Source: Candidatus Latescibacterota bacterium
GTDB taxonomy: Bacteria; Latescibacterota; CBDEFO01
DNA length: 64,000 nt
NCBI GenBank assembly: GCA_965248755.1
Contig: OZ252149.1
Span: 2,080,001-2,144,000 of the forward strand
Direction: 5' to 3'
Shown: piece by piece, positions 1-10,307 of the stretch
How the letters are laid out: every line of letters starts with the position of its first letter
Numbering within the stretch: position 1 is the stretch's first letter
The notes under the pieces: generated by a model
What the model was told of the DNA's origin: nothing
The model's input: the letters and a program-made list of their open reading frames with translations, nothing else
The model's database searches: none
Made by a program: the position numbers and the translations under genes

Positions 1-3
1 TCA

Positions 4-39
4 GTGAGATTGCTTCGGGGTGAAAGCCCTCGCAATAAC
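4..39. repeat. REP-like palindromic element, GAGATTGCTTCG...CTCGCAATRAC family
   Basis: gtgagattgcttcggggtgaaagccctcgcaataac; related copies at ~5459-5530, 5544-5578 (inverted), 9631-9663, 21978-22011 (inverted) and ~36575-36607 (inverted). Confidence 0.65.
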
Positions 40-116
40 TCCGGTAAAGTAACGGTCATTGTGAATCGACTACTACGGCCATCGCTAGTAGCTCCTCTGT
101 GTCAGTGCGACCCCGT

Positions 117-135
117 CCGATTGAATCTATCGGGG
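117..135. repeat. Short palindromic element copy (CCGATTGAATCTATCGGGG)
   Basis: Member of the 21-bp-core family described in findings. Confidence 0.75.
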
Positions 136-549
136 TTAGATCGGGGGAAGGAAACGATCTCACTTACGCTGTTTATCCCTGCATTAGTGTCCGAAATATT
201 TTGATCTGATACTTAGAATTCAGTATTAGAAGAACCCAGTTGTTGCGGAATAATACAAATAGAATGTCAAAACGTGACCCAGATCACAAACTTTGATTTT
301 AGATATGCGTATCGTTCTGTTGATGTTTCTTATGGGATCATGTATTTTTATTTATTTGTTCCCCCCTTCCAGCAGCGAAATCTCCCAAATTAAAGCGGGA
401 GGTTAATTGATGGTCGGATAGATTAACTATGTACAAATGTAGCTGCAGAAGGAAGGAGATTAAAGCGGATCAGCAACAACTACTAATGGTGCACGAACTT
501 TCTTATTTTTTTTGTTTCTACAGATATTTCCACAGTAAAGGAGAGCTTT

Positions 550-2136
550 ATGATGTTAAACTTACGAAAGTCTGTTCTAGCGCTGGCGGCTATTACTTTT
601 TTCTTCGGAATCATTACGAGTGCTCACGCCCAACTGACCAACCCGAGCTTCGAGACAGGTGACCTAAAGGGTTGGCACTCCTCTGGATCTGTCACAGTCG
701 TTAGGTTCGGTGGTGGTAATTACCCAAAAGACGGCAAGTACTTTGCCTTTCTCACGGCCAGTGTGTACGGTAGCACCATTTCGCAGACATTCACTGCAAA
801 TGCGGGAGACAAAATCTCAGGCTGGGCCTTCTTCAACGCGCAAAGCGGGTCGGCGCAGGTGCAGATCACAGAGAGCAGGTCCAAGGGTGTCTTTAAAACC
901 TCAATTACGAGCCCTAAGTGGACCAGTTGGGAGTACAGGTTTAAGAAGAAGGGAAAGTACACCATAAAGGCGCTTCTCTTGCTCAAGAAGGGAGTCAAAG
1001 TCAAGAAGGGCAGCGGCATGGGGTTGGACGGCCTTGTACTTGACAGCAGGAACCGCCCGCCGACGGCAGATGCTGGTCCTGACCAAAAGGTAGAATGCGT
1101 GGGTCCCGCAGGAACAAAGGTAACCCTGGACGGATCGGGATCAAGAGATCCTGATAAGAATTATCTTAGGTACACTTGGAACGGATCCTTCGGGACGGTC
1201 ACCGGCGCGAGTCCGACGGTAGTCCTCTCCCACGACATCCACACCATCACGCTTACGGTGGATGACGGCAAGGGCGGGAAGGATTCAGACAAGGTGGTCA
1301 TCACGATTGTGGACACCAAGCCTCCTGAAGTCACCGCCGCGTTGGATCCCATCCAAGGGGAAGATGATGATGGGGACGAGGACGACAAGAACGATTACGC
1401 CGTTGTGTATAGTGCTACCGATGCCTGCGATCCCAATCTGAGCCTTGAGGCAGTGATTGAGTTGCCGGATCTGGCGAATCCGAAGGTCAAATTTAAAGTG
1501 AAGGACCGCAACAAAATCAAGATTGATCTGAAGAAGAACAAGGTGACGCTGGAAGGCCCTGATCCTGAGGGACTCTGGGTACAGATTCAGAGTGCCGGCG
1601 GGATTGAGGTCGCCAATGGGCAGGAGCTGTCTATAAAGGTCAAGACCGGCTATAATAAGTATGAATACAAGTTCGATAAGGACGGGAATCTGGTGAAGGT
1701 CAAAGCTCCGGAGGCGACGTTACTGTGCACGGCCACCGATGCGTCTGGCAATGTGGGAACGGCTACGGCCAGTCTGCCTCTGGTGGTGGCAGAGGGTGAT
1801 GATGGCGACGATGATGATATTCCTGGAAAGGGAAAAGGGAAGCCGTCTCTATTACCTGAGGGCTATGCCTTACAGCAGAACCATCCGAATCCGTTCAACC
1901 CTGAGACGATGATTACGTATTCACTCCCGGAGGAAACACACATCCGACTGGTGGTCTACAACCAGATGGGTCAGATTGTACGAACGTTGGTGGATGGACA
2001 CAGATCAGCAGGAAGCTACTCTATAGTCTGGGATGGCAGGGATAGTAACGGAGAGAGCCTCGCCAGCGGAATCTATCTGTATCGAATAGAGGCGGATGGA
2101 TTTGTACAGACGAGGAAAATGAGTTTAATGAGGTAG
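550..2136 (+). CDS. Secreted multidomain protein: CBM-like N-terminus, PKD/REJ domain, HYR-like region, C-terminal FlgD-Ig/T9SS type A-like sorting domain
   Basis: Signal peptide (SAHA-Q); LTNPSFETGDL; PPTADAGPDQ...LDGSGSRDPD; C-terminal QNHPNPFNPET...WDGRD...SGIYLYRI...TRKM; GGAG RBS. Confidence 0.85.
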   Translation: MMLNLRKSVLALAAITFFFGIITSAHAQLTNPSFETGDLKGWHSSGSVTVVRFGGGNYPKDGKYFAFLTASVYGSTISQTFTANAGDKISGWAFFNAQSGSAQVQITESRSKGVFKTSITSPKWTSWEYRFKKKGKYTIKALLLLKKGVKVKKGSGMGLDGLVLDSRNRPPTADAGPDQKVECVGPAGTKVTLDGSGSRDPDKNYLRYTWNGSFGTVTGASPTVVLSHDIHTITLTVDDGKGGKDSDKVVITIVDTKPPEVTAALDPIQGEDDDGDEDDKNDYAVVYSATDACDPNLSLEAVIELPDLANPKVKFKVKDRNKIKIDLKKNKVTLEGPDPEGLWVQIQSAGGIEVANGQELSIKVKTGYNKYEYKFDKDGNLVKVKAPEATLLCTATDASGNVGTATASLPLVVAEGDDGDDDDIPGKGKGKPSLLPEGYALQQNHPNPFNPETMITYSLPEETHIRLVVYNQMGQIVRTLVDGHRSAGSYSIVWDGRDSNGESLASGIYLYRIEADGFVQTRKMSLMR

Positions 2137-2370
2137 GTTCTTTGTCCCATCTCACACAAGCTCACAGAATGTCTAACAAACATCCCGTCAGAAATGGCGG
2201 GCTGTCTCTTTGGTCATTTATAGGACTGACCATTGAGTCAGAGTGGCAAAACCGCATTGCAGGATTGTAACAACAATTTCAAGACGTGTTTGAGGCTCTG
2301 GGCGCTACACAGTACTAGGAAGGCACAGGGGATTATGCCAGCACAGAATAAGCTTATCATTCTAATACCG

Positions 2371-3471
2371 ATGAATAAAACGAAAAGACCGATTTTCTAC
2401 ACTGGCCTGATGCTCTTTATCGCCTTGAATACACTTGTCTGCACAGGGGATCTTTTCGGATCTCAGTCCCCGATTGAATCTATCGGGGACAAGCTCGTGG
2501 GCGATTTCGACGGAGACAATGACGTAGATCTCTCTGATTTTGTTCTTTTTGTGGATGTGTTTGGAACGACGTTCAGTTCAGCGGATTGGAATCCTGTGTT
2601 CGATTTGGATGATGATGGCGAGATCAGTTTGTCCGACTTTGTGATCTTTGTGCACAACTTCGGCAAGAGTGTAGAGAAAAATGTCTCCGTCAAAACTGAA
2701 AATCAAAGAACTATATTGTCTTTTCCCGACTATACCCTCGCGGTACAGTATGGCGAACCCGTTGGCATTGTTTCGCTTAAACTTACTGATCAACAGACGG
2801 ATTTTGTGCACCGGAACCTGCCCTTAGGAGACTAGGAATGGTTCAAGATAGATCTGAACGGTAGTCAGGTATGGCTAAAACTGATTATGCCTGAGTGGAG
2901 TAGCCCTGTTCTGCAAACGGCTGGTGATCCTGTTGTCCTGAGGTTTACCAGAGAAAACGCAATTGCTCCAGGTATCACTCTGGGGATCGAATACATCCTG
3001 AAGCGCGACAGACCAGAATTCGATATACACTATTCTATCATCAATTCATCTGGACAGACGCTGAAAAAGCCTTATGTGATGATCGGCTTTCCGGGATTCT
3101 CAAATTACGAACAGGTTTCCTCTGTTGAAACTGCGCTTGAAACCCGTGTCACCGCAAGCCCTTACACCAATTTCCGCGATGAGGCAATTGCGCTTAATAG
3201 AGCTGAATACCTGCTGTTGCGTCACGATGTGTCTCCTCGTTCAGGTTCCCTCGATGTCCTAAAGGGAGTTGTCTCTATTAAAGAATCCAGCCGGATCATC
3301 ACACTGGAATCTTCTTTTGTGCCTGACAAGACATACAGTGAGGTCTACTCTGCCCATGTCAATAAACCTGCGTACTTGACGAGCCACATCTATGCCTTTC
3401 TCACCGATATCCCGAATGGAGAAGAAAGAAGAATCACTATCCATTACACCGTCTATGAGAAAGAACCATAG
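2371..3471 (+). pseudogene. Secreted dockerin-like (paired EF-hand) protein interrupted by an in-frame TAG at 2833-2835
   Basis: ORFs 2233-2835 and 2887-3471 share a frame and read ...LPLGD*EWFKIDLNG...KLIMPEW; GDFDGDNDVDLSDF...DLDDDGEISLSDF motifs. Confidence 0.7.
2468..2488. repeat. Short palindromic element inside CDS, in frame (encodes SPIESIGD)
   Basis: ccccgattgaatctatcgggg. Confidence 0.85.
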
Positions 3472-3510
3472 GTAAGGGACAGATAAGGCAAGATTGCTTC
3501 GCCACTTCCT

Positions 3511-5313
3511 TTATCTTCTCTCTCCGAAGTGGTCCAGAAAGACAACAAAGTCACTGAGCTCTACTTTATCGTCTCCATCGAGGTCGAATTTCTCGTCGAA
3601 TGCGGTACCACCTAAGCTTGATCCGAAGGCATCAAGGAATAGAACAAAGTCAGCAAGTCCCACCTCGTCATCTTCGTTGAAATCCCCTATAATTTCAGGG
3701 ACGTTCTTTACAACAATTCTCACAGAGTGGGCTTGACTATCCGCTTGTCCGTCGCTGACGACAAGTGTAAAGGTTAATACTAAAGTCTCCGCAACATCAG
3801 GAACAATAAATGTCGGACTTTGAGTTGTTCTGTCTGATAACGTGACCACAGGACCTGACACCTGACTCCAAAGATATGTCAAAAGATCTCCATCAGGATC
3901 GCTGCTGCCAAAACCGTCCAGAATCACCCTGACCCCCTCGTCCACTCTCTGATCCACTCCAGCATTGGCTATTGGAGGCTTGTTGACATCGTTTACGGTA
4001 ATGCTCACAGAGTCGGGCAAACTCTCCAGTTCCCCATCGTTGACAACAAGAACAAACGTTAATAGTTCTGTCTTTGTGACCTCAGGGGCTACAAATGTCG
4101 GACTCTGAGTTGTTCTGTCTGATAAAGTGACCATAGGGCCTGATAACTGACTCCAAAGATATGTTAAAACATCTCCATCAGGATCGCTGCTGCCCGAACC
4201 GTCCAGAATCAACGTGTCCCTCTCGTCCACTCTCTGATCCACTCCAGCATTGGCTATTGGAGTCTTGTTGACATCGTTTACGGTAATGCGCACAGAGTCG
4301 GGCAAACTCTCCAGTTCCCCATCGTTGACGACAAGTGTAAACGTTAATATTAAAGTCTGCACAACCTCAGGAGCGACAAATGTCGGACTCTGAACCGTAT
4401 CGCTCGACAGCGTGACCGAAGGACCTGACACCTGAATCCAAAGATATGACAGAATATCTCCATCAGGATCGCTGCTGCCAAAACCGTCCAGAAGCACCCT
4501 GTCCCCCTCGTCCACTCTCTGATCCACTCCAGCATTGGCTATTGGAGGCTTGTTGACATCGTTTACGGTAATGCTCACAGAGTCGGGCTGACTCTCCAGT
4601 CCCCCATCGTTGACGACAAGTGTAAACGTTAGTATTTCTCTCCTTGTAACCTCAGGAGCTACAAACGTCGGACTTTGAGACACATCGCTCGAAAGCGTGA
4701 CCGAAGGTCCTGACACCTGAATCCAAAGATATGACAGAATATCTCCATCAGGATCGCTACTGGCCGAACCGTCCAGAACTAGCGTGTCTCCCTCGTTTAC
4801 AGTGGTGTCTACGCCGGAGTATGCGGTGGGAAGCTCCGGGAAGAAGACCGTCCTGGTCAAAATTGAAACAGCGACTCCCCCTTCATTTACCTCAAATCTA
4901 TCGATCGTAAAGTTCCCGATGCCCTGGGGATCTATCACCTTGAAAGGAATTCGCAGGATCTCACCGGATCCCTCTATTGGAGAAGCCGAAGCAAATGCCA
5001 CCTTTACTGTATTTCCGACAGTGTTTGGAAAAAACAGAAAGCTACCTGTTATTGCGTGGGTTATTTCATCGGTTATTACATTGAACACATCGCTGCTGAA
5101 TGTGATAAATATCTCGATAGAGTTTACACTGTCCTCCAAAGCGATAGTATCTACAACGACGGTGATGAATAAGGTGCTATCGGTCATCTCTTGAACAGGA
5201 CCGAGCCAGACGTTGATGTCACCATAGGCAGTGTGTGCAGTCGAGATAACCAGACCCACAGCGAAAGTGGACAAACCCGAAAAGATGGCCAAGACATTTT
5301 TGAATCTTTCCAT
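3511..5313 (-). CDS. Secreted cohesin-like + 4x PKD/REJ + C-terminal dockerin-like protein
   Basis: Signal peptide; cohesin-like segment (VKVAFASASPIEGSGEILRIPF); four ~95-aa ANAGVDQRVDEG...LDGSGSSDPDGD repeats; GDFNEDDEVGLADF...DLDGDDKVELSDF; start placed at ATG 5313. Confidence 0.8.
   Translation of the reverse strand: MERFKNVLAIFSGLSTFAVGLVISTAHTAYGDINVWLGPVQEMTDSTLFITVVVDTIALEDSVNSIEIFITFSSDVFNVITDEITHAITGSFLFFPNTVGNTVKVAFASASPIEGSGEILRIPFKVIDPQGIGNFTIDRFEVNEGGVAVSILTRTVFFPELPTAYSGVDTTVNEGDTLVLDGSASSDPDGDILSYLWIQVSGPSVTLSSDVSQSPTFVAPEVTRREILTFTLVVNDGGLESQPDSVSITVNDVNKPPIANAGVDQRVDEGDRVLLDGFGSSDPDGDILSYLWIQVSGPSVTLSSDTVQSPTFVAPEVVQTLILTFTLVVNDGELESLPDSVRITVNDVNKTPIANAGVDQRVDERDTLILDGSGSSDPDGDVLTYLWSQLSGPMVTLSDRTTQSPTFVAPEVTKTELLTFVLVVNDGELESLPDSVSITVNDVNKPPIANAGVDQRVDEGVRVILDGFGSSDPDGDLLTYLWSQVSGPVVTLSDRTTQSPTFIVPDVAETLVLTFTLVVSDGQADSQAHSVRIVVKNVPEIIGDFNEDDEVGLADFVLFLDAFGSSLGGTAFDEKFDLDGDDKVELSDFVVFLDHFGERR
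3720..4820. repeat. Four ~285-bp intragenic tandem repeats (PKD domains)
   Basis: Near-identical blocks such as tccactctctgatccactccagcattggctattgga recur at ~285-bp spacing. Confidence 0.85.
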
Positions 5314-5498
5314 AGCTTCTGGTGCCGAGGGAAGATCCCGACTCACCCGGGGTGAGGAATCAGCACTTTCTCCTTTCTAAGTATCGGGTCAAAATAGTCT
5401 GGAGGTGACTATAGCGATCCAGAATAGCACACACCAAATGGTAGACCAGGCATTTTAAGTGAGATTGTTTCGCTGACCCTTCGCTTTGCTCTGGGCTT

Positions 5499-5519
5499 CC
5501 CCGATAGATTCAATCGGGG
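5499..5519. repeat. Short palindromic element nested in a REP-like element
   Basis: ccccgatagattcaatcgggg (reverse orientation) inside gagattgtttcg...ctcccaatgat. Confidence 0.8.
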
Positions 5520-5828
5520 CTCCCAATGATATCTCTTACCTTCAGTGATCGCGAGGGCTGAAACCGCGTGGCAATCTGAACGGAAGGGAGGATCTGTCTC
5601 TTACTACCATATGCTGTCTATGGTTTACTTACTATAATATATCATCCTTTCCTTGGATAGGCAATATCCTTTCTTGCTTGAGACAATTTCTGATATATGA
5701 ACAGGAAGAAAAGCTTGCTGCGAAGTTGAATCCTCTTTACATCCTGAAAGAAATTTAGTAGTATAGCTCAAGTTGTGCCCTCGTACTAAGACGCCAAACT
5801 CATCAGAACTCAGTTCAAAGGATAACAA

Positions 5829-6371
5829 ATGAAGCGGATAATTTCGTATGCCGTTCCGGCACTATTGCTCGCTTTGAATCCGACTATCCATGCACAAATC
5901 CTGCTCGGACCTACAGCCACCAGTGTCGGGAGACAACCTTCGTCAATCTTTACCACGGATTTAGATAGAGATGGAGATAACTATCTGGCTGTAGCTCTTG
6001 GAACCGCCAATGGTATATCAGTGTTGTTCAATAATGGAGATGGGACATTCCCAGACAAGTTGAACTATAGAACTGGGAACGGTCCCAGATCAGTTTTCAG
6101 CGTAGACTTAGATAGAGATGGAGATAATGACCTGACTGGAGCAATTGGGCTCAGCAAGAGTGTATCAGTGTTGCTGAATAACGGTGATGGAACATTTGCC
6201 CCTAAGGTGGACTATAAAACTGGGGATAGTCCCGGTTCAGTATTCAGTGCAGATTTAGTTGGAGATGGGGATAAATACCTGGCTGTGGCTAATAAGGGAA
6301 TCTTTGATAAGAACACCCTTAAACTCATCAGTACCGTCTCAGCGTTGTTGAACCTGTCTATTCAACCCTGA
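5829..6371 (+). CDS. Secreted FG-GAP/VCBS repeat protein (short, possibly truncated)
   Basis: Signal peptide; three DLDRDGDND-type repeats with VLLNNGDGTF. Confidence 0.75.
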   Translation: MKRIISYAVPALLLALNPTIHAQILLGPTATSVGRQPSSIFTTDLDRDGDNYLAVALGTANGISVLFNNGDGTFPDKLNYRTGNGPRSVFSVDLDRDGDNDLTGAIGLSKSVSVLLNNGDGTFAPKVDYKTGDSPGSVFSADLVGDGDKYLAVANKGIFDKNTLKLISTVSALLNLSIQP

Positions 6372-6584
6372 GACTCCCATCCATTACCACCTTGCCACGC
6401 GAAGCTGTGTTGATATATCTGTCTATAATACGATGGGACAGAAGGTAGGGACATTGGTGTCCTGACGGGGTAACGGGGTATTAGAGGAGGAGACGGCTGT
6501 GAATAAGATAAAGGAGAGCAAGACGAAAGCATTTAATGTCTTATTGTGCATAGCTGTTCTAATCTTGATCGGATGTGGTGATAG

Positions 6585-7215
6585 TGTCAAGGGATTAGAT
6601 TCGCGAAGCCTATAAGGAAGCCGCCTCGCTACCTTACACAAGAAGAGATAGACGCTCTGATTTCGGAGTGTCCCCCACATCTTTATCCTATCGTGGTTAT
6701 CGCTCTTTATACAGGAATGAGAAAAGGAGAGATATTCAACCTGAAGTGGGAGGATGTAGATTTCAAGCGGGGAGTAATATCGGTCAATAACCGGGAGGAC
6801 TTCCACACACAAAACTTTGATAACCGGATTATGACGCCCCTTCCTGCTACGAGTGCGGGGCGAAACCGGATGCATCCGGTTGTAGGAGAAGCGCTAAGCA
6901 GACATCCACGTTACATCTCCAGCCCTTACCTGTTCTGTAACAAAAACAACGAGCCCTATAAAGATGTAAAAAGGAGCTTTGCAGGCGCTCTTACAAGGGC
7001 AGGTATTACCAACTTCAGATTTCACGCTCTACGACATACATTCGGCTCGTGGCTTGTAATGTCTGGTGTTGATCTGGCTACAGCACAGGAACTTATGGGG
7101 CATAAGACAATTTCGATGACATTACATTAGGCCCATCTTGCCGCAGGCCCATCTTGCCGCAGGCCCATCTTGCCCCGAGTCACCTGAAGGATGCCATAGA
7201 CAAACTGAATCTGAG
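6585..7215 (+). pseudogene. Tyrosine recombinase/integrase C-terminal remnant
   Basis: ALYTGMRKGEI, FHALRHTFGS, LMGHK...MTLH*AHL: the catalytic Tyr position is TAG; followed by a 16-bp tandem repeat (7129-7174); N-terminus missing; adjacent to the tRNA-Thr 3' end. Confidence 0.85.
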
Positions 7216-7304
7216 TGGACACTATCGGGACACGCAGAAGAAAAAGAAAAGCACTTAGCTTGGAAGTTAGTTCTTCTAAGTGCTTTATTGTGAACGAGAT
7301 ATAC

Positions 7305-7380
7305 TGGAGCCGGCGAAGGGACTCGAACCCCCGACCTGCTCATTACAAGTGAGCTGCTCTACCAGCTGAGCTACACCGGC
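7305..7380 (-). tRNA. tRNA-Thr(TGT)
   Basis: Reverse complement GCCGGTGTAGCTCAGCTGGTAGAGCAGCTCACTTGTAATGAGCAGGTCGGGGGTTCGAGTCCCTTCGCCGGCTCCA; cloverleaf with CCA. Confidence 0.97.
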
Positions 7381-7394
7381 GTAAGCTGGAATTA

Positions 7395-7423
7395 AATCTA
7401 AACCGTCAGTCTCGATATGTCAA
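7395..7423 (-). promoter_or_regulatory. Sigma70-like promoter for tRNA-Thr
   Basis: TTGACA-17 bp-TAGATT on the minus strand. Confidence 0.65.
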
Positions 7424-7449
7424 GCAAAAAAGTAGACAGGGTACCGCGT

Positions 7450-8946
7450 TTAGCTGAAAGCTGTCCAGTTGTCTTTGTGTTTCCATGTAGTTCCTTCCGT
7501 CCTGTCTTCTAACTCTACTCCCCTTTCAGAAAGCTGATCCCTTATCTTATCGGACAGCTCCCACTCTTTCTTCTCTCTCATCTTTGACCTAACTTCCACC
7601 AGCAGATCTATTAGACGATCTATATTCTGTGAATCGTCTTTACCGGCAAATTCCAGTTTCAGGCCTAAGACGTCCGAGATCAGTTTTATCCTATCCTGGA
7701 CCCTTAAAAGTAGTGCCCCTCTGGTCTCGTTCCTCTCCATCTGGGTCACTACATTTGCGCGCTTAGAGAGGTCGAACAATACCGAAAGAGCCTGCGGAGC
7801 GTTGAAATCGTCATCCATCGCCTTCTCGAATCGCTCTTTCGCACTTTCTGTCTCCTCAAATAGTTCCCTATCCTCACTTGATAACGAAGCCTCACAAATA
7901 TCTGCCTTCCTTGATGCGCCCTGTGAGGATAGATGGATGTTTCTGGAGGCATTTATCAACCTCTCCAGTCCGCTTTGCGCACCTTTGAGCGCTTCTTCTG
8001 AGATCTCCACCGGACTTCTGTAGTGACCGCTTAATATCAGCAATCTGACAGCCTGTGGGCTATACTTTTTGAAAGCGTCCTTTATGGTCAGGAAATTCCC
8101 AAGGGACTTGCTCATCTTCACGCCGTCCACAGTCACCATGTTATTGTGCATCCAATACCGCACAAAAGGACTCCCCGTAGATCCCTCGCTTTGCGTTATC
8201 TCACACTCGTTGTGAGGGAAGATATTTTCCATTCCCCCGCCGTGGATATCGGTCGTCTCTCCCAGGTACTTCATCGCCATAGCCGAGCATTCCACGTGCC
8301 AGCCTGGATAGCCCCAGCCCCAAGGGCTCGGCCACTTTAATATATGACCCTCCCGAGCTTTCTTCCACAAAGCAAAGTCAACAGGGGCCTCCTTTTCGGG
8401 ATTGACCTTAACTCTGGCGCCCTCTTTAAGCTCCTCTACCTTCCTACCTGAAAGCTTCCCGTACTGGGAAAAACTCGACACCCTGAAGTACACAGAACCG
8501 TTGACTTCGTAAGCGTGCCCTCTTTCAATCAGGGTCTTTATAAGCTCTATCTGCTCGCAGATGTGTCCACTTGCACGGGGAGAGATATCGGGCCTTAGGA
8601 CGTTTAAGGCATCCATGTCCTCAAAATAGCTCCTCGTATAGGTCTCGGCTAGTTCCATAGGTTCGACCCTTTCGAGTGCAGCCCTTTTTATAAGCTTATC
8701 CTCACCCTCGTCCGAATCGTCTGTCAGATGCCCTACGTCTGTGATGTTCTGAACATACCTTACCTTATATCCTGAATACCTTAAATACCTTACAATTACA
8801 TCAAAGCTTATGTAGCATTTGGCGTGTCCTAAGTGAGCGTGGTCGTAGACCGTAGGACCGCACACATACATACTCACTCTGCCCGTCCTTAAAGGCTCAA
8901 ACTCCTCTTTTTTCCTCGTCAGGCTGTTGTACACCATCAGAGCCAT
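7450..8946 (-). CDS. cysS: Cysteine--tRNA ligase
   Basis: [35 protein letters not shown]. Confidence 0.97.
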   Translation of the reverse strand: MALMVYNSLTRKKEEFEPLRTGRVSMYVCGPTVYDHAHLGHAKCYISFDVIVRYLRYSGYKVRYVQNITDVGHLTDDSDEGEDKLIKRAALERVEPMELAETYTRSYFEDMDALNVLRPDISPRASGHICEQIELIKTLIERGHAYEVNGSVYFRVSSFSQYGKLSGRKVEELKEGARVKVNPEKEAPVDFALWKKAREGHILKWPSPWGWGYPGWHVECSAMAMKYLGETTDIHGGGMENIFPHNECEITQSEGSTGSPFVRYWMHNNMVTVDGVKMSKSLGNFLTIKDAFKKYSPQAVRLLILSGHYRSPVEISEEALKGAQSGLERLINASRNIHLSSQGASRKADICEASLSSEDRELFEETESAKERFEKAMDDDFNAPQALSVLFDLSKRANVVTQMERNETRGALLLRVQDRIKLISDVLGLKLEFAGKDDSQNIDRLIDLLVEVRSKMREKKEWELSDKIRDQLSERGVELEDRTEGTTWKHKDNWTAFS

Positions 8947-8977
8947 TTCAGTCTCCCGATAGACATTCTTTTACCGT

Positions 8978-9586
8978 TTACACTTGAACTTTTCTTTTGC
9001 GCCAGTAGAGGACAGACCCGACGCAGACCAAAAGTGCCATGATTATAAAAGCTGCTGTGTTATACCTTCTGAAGAGCTGGGCAGCCATCTCCCAGTTTTC
9101 TCCCGCTATCAGCCCGGCAAACACCAAAAGTCCGTTCCATATGATCATCCCTACAGAACCGTAGAGGGCTATCTTGCCTGCTGACATCTTGCTTGCCCCT
9201 GCAAGGGGGGAGATAATCGACCTGACTCCCGGAAGGAACCTGTTAATCAGTATCACTTTATATCCGTATCTGCTCAGCCACCTTTGCGCCTTCGCTGTGT
9301 TCTTGGGGGAAAAGAGCCTCTTCCTCCTCTCATCTGAGAAGAACGCATTACCCAGATAGAGTCCGACGTAATAGACGAACATAAACCCTATAATACTCCC
9401 GAGAAGGGCCGCGCCGATCATTGGAGTCAGCTTCAAGACCCCTATCCCGACTAAATAGGCCCCGAAAATTGTCACAAGATCGCCCGGTACGGGAGGGACA
9501 ACGTTCTCCAAGAAAGAATTCAAAAATAAGAGGATGTAGATAGTCTCTGGGCCCAGGGATGATATGAAGTTTGTAACTTCCTGCAC
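8978..9586 (-). CDS. DedA/VTT family membrane protein
   Basis: ENVVPPVPGD, RFLPGVRS motifs; hydrophobic. Confidence 0.9.
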   Translation of the reverse strand: MQEVTNFISSLGPETIYILLFLNSFLENVVPPVPGDLVTIFGAYLVGIGVLKLTPMIGAALLGSIIGFMFVYYVGLYLGNAFFSDERRKRLFSPKNTAKAQRWLSRYGYKVILINRFLPGVRSIISPLAGASKMSAGKIALYGSVGMIIWNGLLVFAGLIAGENWEMAAQLFRRYNTAAFIIMALLVCVGSVLYWRKRKVQV

Positions 9587-9688
9587 TTATTGCCCCCGAA
9601 ATAAGTAGAAAAGGCACATGCTCTTCCCATGAGTTTGCTTCGGGTTTGGGACCTCGCAATAACCAAAAGCCGAAGATATGCACCGTCA

Positions 9689-9723
9689 TTGCCATCCCCG
9701 AATGAATCTATCGGGGATGGCAA
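9689..9723. repeat. Short palindromic element with extended stem (possible terminator)
   Basis: ttgccatccccgaatgaatctatcggggatggcaa. Confidence 0.8.
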
Positions 9724-9734
9724 AACAACCTCAC

Positions 9735-10205
9735 TTAGAATGCCTTTCCCTGTACACTTTCTACTGATTTATGGCGGACAGTGCCGCCGACAACTATTCC
9801 AGCACTGATCAAAATCAAATTTTTGATAATATACTGCCCTGCAAGGGTAAGACCGTAAGGAAAATGGGTAAAACACACGTCAGGTAACAGGACTAAAGGG
9901 AGCATTGTCCCCGGCATCTGCAAGAAAAGCAAAAAAAGAGCGGCGCGGATAAGTGGACGAAACAGCAAGCCCACGCCGATGGCTACCTCCCACCATCCAA
10001 GGATAGGAACGAATAGATCAGGAGGTAACCAATAGACTGTCCTTTTTACCAGTTCTGCCGCGGGGCTGATCCCTAAAGGCTTTAATATTCCAAACCAGAT
10101 GAATATGATCCCCAGGGACATTCTAAGAAGAAAGTGACCGTACCTTCTCATCCATCCGGCAATGGACCGATCAATCTGGTCAAACGCTGTAAACATATTT
10201 GCCAC
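9735..10205 (-). CDS. DoxX/DUF417-like membrane protein
   Basis: LRMSLGIIFIWFGILK...GQYIIKN. Confidence 0.8.
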   Translation of the reverse strand: MANMFTAFDQIDRSIAGWMRRYGHFLLRMSLGIIFIWFGILKPLGISPAAELVKRTVYWLPPDLFVPILGWWEVAIGVGLLFRPLIRAALFLLFLQMPGTMLPLVLLPDVCFTHFPYGLTLAGQYIIKNLILISAGIVVGGTVRHKSVESVQGKAF

Positions 10206-10307
10206 TCTTGCCCGGTCCCCCCAAAGTTACCCATGTCAGACATGCCTGCCTGACATGAAACAGGAACAGAGCTGAATTTCTGTCGACCAATGACGGGAAA
10301 AAAGAAA

